Shown: one piece after another, positions 61,661 to 64,000 of the stretch | How positions within the stretch are numbered: the first letter of the stretch is position 1 | How the letters are laid out: every line of letters starts with the position of its first letter | Assembly (NCBI GenBank): GCA_026770705.1 | Contig: JANJGN010000041.1 | Coordinates: forward strand, 2,666,001 to 2,730,000 | Origin: Isurus oxyrinchus | Lineage: Eukaryota | Length of the DNA: 64,000 bases | Reading direction: 5' to 3' | Translations under genes and position numbers: made by a program | The notes under the pieces: model-generated | Told to the model about the DNA's origin: nothing | Seen by the model: only the letters and a program-made list of their open reading frames with translations | Database searches by the model: none

Positions 61661-63396
61661 GTAAAAACAAAGAGAACTGCGGATGCTGGAAATCCAAAAC
61701 AAAAACAGAATTACCTGGAAAAACTCAGCAGGTCTGGCAGCATCGGCGGAGAAGAAAAGAGTTGACGTTTCGAGTCTTCATGACCCTTCGACAGAACTTG
61801 ATTTCGAGTCCAGGAAAGAGTTGAAATATAAGCTGGTTTAAGGTGTGTGTTTGGGGGGGGGGGGGGGGGGGGGCGGAGAGAGAGAGAGAGACAGAGGTGC
61901 TTGTGTAGACAAACAAGCAGTGATAGAAGCAGATCATCAAAAGATGTCAGTGACAATGGGACAAAAGGACACATAGGTGTTAAAGTTAAAGTTGGTGATA
62001 TTATCTAAACGAATGTGCTAATTAAGAATGGATGGTAGGACACTCAAGGTACAGCTCTAGTGGGGGTGGGGGGAGCATAAAAGATTTTAAAATATTTAAA
62101 AATAAGTGGGAAAAGAAAAATCTGTAAAATTTATAGGGAAAAAAAAGGGGGAAAAAAGGGGGAAACAGAAAGGGGGTGGGGATGGGGGAGGGAGCTCACG
62201 ACCTAAAGTTATTGAATTCAATATTCAGACCGGAAGGCTGTAAGGTGCCTAGTCGGAAGATGAGGTGTTGTTCCTCCAGTTTGCGTTGGGCTTCACTGGA
62301 ACAATGCAGTAAGCCAAGGACAGACATGTGGGCAAGAGAGCAGGGTGGAGTGTTAAAATGGCAAGCGACAGGGAGGTTTGGGTCATTCTTGCGGACAGAC
62401 CGCAGGTGTTCTGCAAAGCGGTCGCCCAGTTTACGTTTGGTCTCTCCAATGTAGAGGAGACCACATTGGGAGCAACGAATGCAGTAGACTAAGTTGGGGG
62501 AAATACAAGTGAAATGCTGCTTCACTTGAAAGGAGTGTTTGGGCCCTTGGACGGTGAGGAGAGAGGAAGTGAAGGGGCAGGTGTGACATCTTTTGCGTGG
62601 GCATGGGGTGGTGCCATAGGAGGGGGTTGAGGAGTAGGGAGTGATGGAGGAGTGGACCAGGGTGTCCCGGAGGGAGCGATCCCTACGGAATGCCGATAAG
62701 GGGGGTGAAGGGAAGATGTGTTTGGTGGTGGCATCATGCTGGAGTTGGCGGAAATGGCGGAGGATGATCCTTTGAATGCGGAGGCTGGTGGGGTGATAAG
62801 TGAGGACAAGGGGGACCCTATCATGTTTCTGGGAGGGAGGAGAAGGCGTGAGGGCAGATGCGCGGGAGATGGGCCGGACACGGTTGAGGGCCCTGTCAAC
62901 GACCGTGGGTGGAAAACCTCTGTTAAGGAAGAAGGAGGACATGTCAGAGGAACCGTTTTTGAAGGTAGCATCATCGGAACAGATGCGACGAAGGCGAAGG
63001 AACTGGGAGAATGGGATGGGGGTCCTTACAGGAAGCGGGGTGTGAGGAGCTGTAGTCGAGGTAGCTGTGGGAGTCGGTGGGTTTGTAATGGATATTAGTG
63101 GACAGTCTATCACCAGAGATTGAGACAGAGAGGTCAAGGAAGGGAAGGGAAGTGTCAGAGATGGACCACGTGAAAATGATGGAGGGGTGGAGATTGGAAG
63201 CAAAATTAATAAATTTTTCCAAGTCCCGATGAGAGCATGAAGCGGCACCGAAGTAATCATCGATGTACCGGAGAAAAAGTTGTGGAAGGGGGCCGGGGTA
63301 GGACTGCAACAAGGAATGTTCCACATATCCCATAAAGAGACAGGCATAGCTGGGGCCCATGCGGGTACCCATAGCCACACCTTTTATTTGGAGAAC
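61661..63396 (-). mobile_element. 5'-truncated Penelope-like retroelement (RT C-terminus, GIY-YIG endonuclease, 3' pLTR region)
   Basis: RT motifs GVAMGTRMGPSYACLFMG, FLRYIDD, LPFLDL and YKPTDSHSYLDYSSSHP, continuing after a frameshift (~63020) into IPFSQFLRLRRICS and NLVYCIRCSQCGLLYIGETKRKLGDRFAEH..LGTLQPSGLN (GIY-YIG). TSD TCTCCTGAG at 61652..61660 and 63397..63405. Confidence 0.95.
61760..61798 (-). ncRNA. Minimal type I hammerhead ribozyme motif in the Penelope 3' end (A6U variant)
   Basis: AGUU-CUGUCGA-A-GGGUC-AUGAA-GACUC-GAAAC-GUC-AACU, with a 5-bp stem II and palindromic ACGU in place of stem III, as in known PLE minimal hammerheads. Confidence 0.75.
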
Positions 63397-63784
63397 TCTC
63401 CTGAGTTAACCTTGTTAGTTGCTCAATAACTACATTCGTCGTCAATCCGACCTGACTCCTCACCTGTCCATTCCCAGGTACATGAAATGCTGAAAAAATA
63501 TTCCTCCCAGGAAGAAGCTGGTGCCAAAGTTACAAGGGAGCCCTTGCGAGGAAAAGAAGAAATGCGCTGGAAGATCCGGGTTAATCGGCAAATGGATTGC
63601 AACAGCATTTCTGGACAGTTCAAGGAGCATGAGGGTGTGGGCTCAATGGTGGTGGTGCATGGGGTGGGCTGTTGTCTTTTTGGGTGATTATTTGATTTTG
63701 GGTTTGGTGTGCGCTTGAGACTGAATCATCGTCTGCGATTGGTTTTGATATAACTCAAAAAGTATGTTGTGATTTAAGACCAGA

Positions 63785-64000
63785 ACAGGTAGGAGCAGAA
63801 ATAGGCCATTCCGCCCATAGAATCTGCTCCGTTATTTTTTGAGATCATGCCTGACCTGATAATCCTCAACTCCACTTCCCTGCCTTTGCCCGATACACTT
63901 TGTTTCCCCTACTGATTAAAAGTCTGTCCATTACAGCCTTTAATATACTTCATGACCCAGCCTCTACAGCTCTCTGCAGTAAATAATTCCACAGGTTGAC
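63785..64000 (-). mobile_element. CR1 LINE 3' end (continues beyond the window)
   Basis: AGGAGCAGAAATAGGCCATTCCGCCCATAGAATCTGCTCCG..GATCATGCCTGACCTG..GACCCAGCCTCTACAGCTCTCTGCAGTAAA. Confidence 0.75.

Noticed and set aside
60889-61800. Inverted pair of Penelope tails enclosing ~670 bp, resembling a TIR transposon with cargo
   Set aside because: Each side has its own distinct TSD (TTCCCCCAACACA; TCTCCTGAG), so they are independent insertions. ORF 61046..61453 between them shows no recognisable domain.

Overview
Repeat-rich vertebrate genomic DNA, almost certainly from a cartilaginous fish (shark-type CR1/L2-group LINEs, SINE and Penelope families). The only host genes are a small cluster of GPR139/GPR142-like rhodopsin-family GPCRs. 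One two-exon copy appears intact (+, 17511..17580 joined to 26303..27207, 324 aa). Decayed paralog parts lie at 46.7-51.6 kb: a - strand pseudogene, an orphan + strand exon 2, and an orphan - strand exon 1 with 7-aa N-terminal repeats. The rest is decayed mobile DNA: two Gmr1-type Gypsy remnants (integrase ahead of RT), CR1, L2-group and RTE LINE fragments, SINEs, minisatellites and local duplications. The most notable signal is a young 5'-truncated Penelope-like element (61661..63396, -) plus three short dispersed derivatives. All four carry a minimal type I hammerhead-ribozyme motif with U in place of the conserved A6 (CUGUNGA). Two of the short copies have their own target-site duplications, and one is a fold-back hairpin with the ribozyme core at its tip. 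Family calls come from motif recognition by eye; no database searches were run, and boundaries of old repeats are approximate.
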